From the IMG/VR virus record IMGVR_UViG_3300034283_002790, positions 123,385 through 187,384 of that record: a DNA stretch of 64,000 nt, one strand, 5' to 3'. The position numbers were made by a program, and so were the translations under genes. Within the stretch, counting starts at the first letter, position 1, and each line of letters starts with the position of its first letter. This DNA comes from a virus. Positions 63,645-64,000 of the stretch are shown in pieces. The notes below the pieces were generated by a model, which did not search any database, was not told where the DNA came from, and worked only from the letters and a program-made list of their open reading frames with translations.

Positions 63645-64000
63645 TTTTTTATTTTTTTTTCAAATTCTTCGAAGTTAAAATGAGGTGATAGATCTGTTGA
63701 GGTCTCCTCATAATTACTTCTAGTTAAAATCCCATAGAATTTATCCGGGTGTTCTATTTTGGTATTATGTCCTATGACTTGTTTTTCTATATTTAATTTT
63801 TTAATAAGAAATTTACATAAACAAACGGAATTATGTATTTGTGTTTCAGTATATAAGTCCCAAAAAACTCTATCTCTCCATTTTTTATTATAAACCTCTC
63901 CATTATAAATATCACCAACCCAATTTATATACGACATTTTGAGAGGTACCTTTTCTAACCACCCAAGATTTTCAAATGAAACTATAATTGATTGTTTATC
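63641..64000 (-). CDS. Amidase_2-like protein, partial (5' end beyond the window)
   Basis: Frame open to 64000 (DKQSIIVSFENLGWLEK...); YTETQI..LC..L...IGH...RSN...TDLSP.F. Confidence 0.65.
   Translation of the reverse strand, partial: DKQSIIVSFENLGWLEKVPLKMSYINWVGDIYNGEVYNKKWRDRVFWDLYTETQIHNSVCLCKFLIKKLNIEKQVIGHNTKIEHPDKFYGILTRSNYEETSTDLSPHFNFEEFEKKIKK

Noticed and set aside
1-64000. Stop-codon reassignment (code 15 or 4), as in some large phages
   Set aside because: Conserved genes (thyA, umuC, dnaJ, dam) are full length under the standard code, and TAG/TGA ends abut the next gene.
1-64000. Eukaryotic giant virus or bacterial chromosome origin
   Set aside because: Bacteroidota promoters, peptidoglycan hydrolases and an ECF sigma argue against a giant virus. 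The density of short unknown ORFs, the single-strand bias and the lack of housekeeping operons argue against a chromosome.

Overview
This 64 kb window is very AT-rich (roughly 30% GC by eye), gene-dense and mostly minus-strand. It is best explained as part of a large lytic dsDNA bacteriophage (jumbo-phage-like) infecting Bacteroidota. Evidence for that host: at least ten exact copies of the Bacteroidota housekeeping promoter (TTTG-N19/20-TAnnTTTG), A-rich start regions without an evident Shine-Dalgarno motif, peptidoglycan amidases, RlpA and a phage ECF sigma factor. No capsid, terminase, integrase or replicative polymerase gene is visible here. Recognisable genes: nitroreductase, SprT protease, ferritin-like DUF5856, metallophosphoesterase, amidase endolysin, thyA, a C-terminally shortened uvrC, a GT2/GNAT/LpxH-like trio, umuC plus a degenerate umuD, two HNH nucleases, tRNA-Asp, cytidylyltransferase, Smr, two RNA-repair-associated domains, ECF sigma, NUDIX, DUF3310, glutaredoxin, thioredoxin, DUF932, an LRR protein, a Dam-like methylase and dnaJ. 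The most striking unexplained feature is at about 4.76-13.1 kb. There, a tightly coupled array of diverse genes all begin with, or contain internally, the same 14-aa leader (MNLQESIRRILREE). The leader is encoded by a ~42-nt DNA repeat with an invariant 12-mer, and the payloads include ART-like, GNAT-like and DUF2237 domains. My hypothesis is a leader-tagged, shuffled set of capsid-packaged effectors. Other unexplained features: two tRNA-like RNAs with identical acceptor stems but aberrant lower halves, a promoter-driven GC-rich ncRNA candidate, a G/C-homopolymer island and a repeat-rich non-coding region at 0.7-4 kb, and a second phage-type promoter motif (TATTTAT). Domain calls come from motif recognition by eye, not from database searches.
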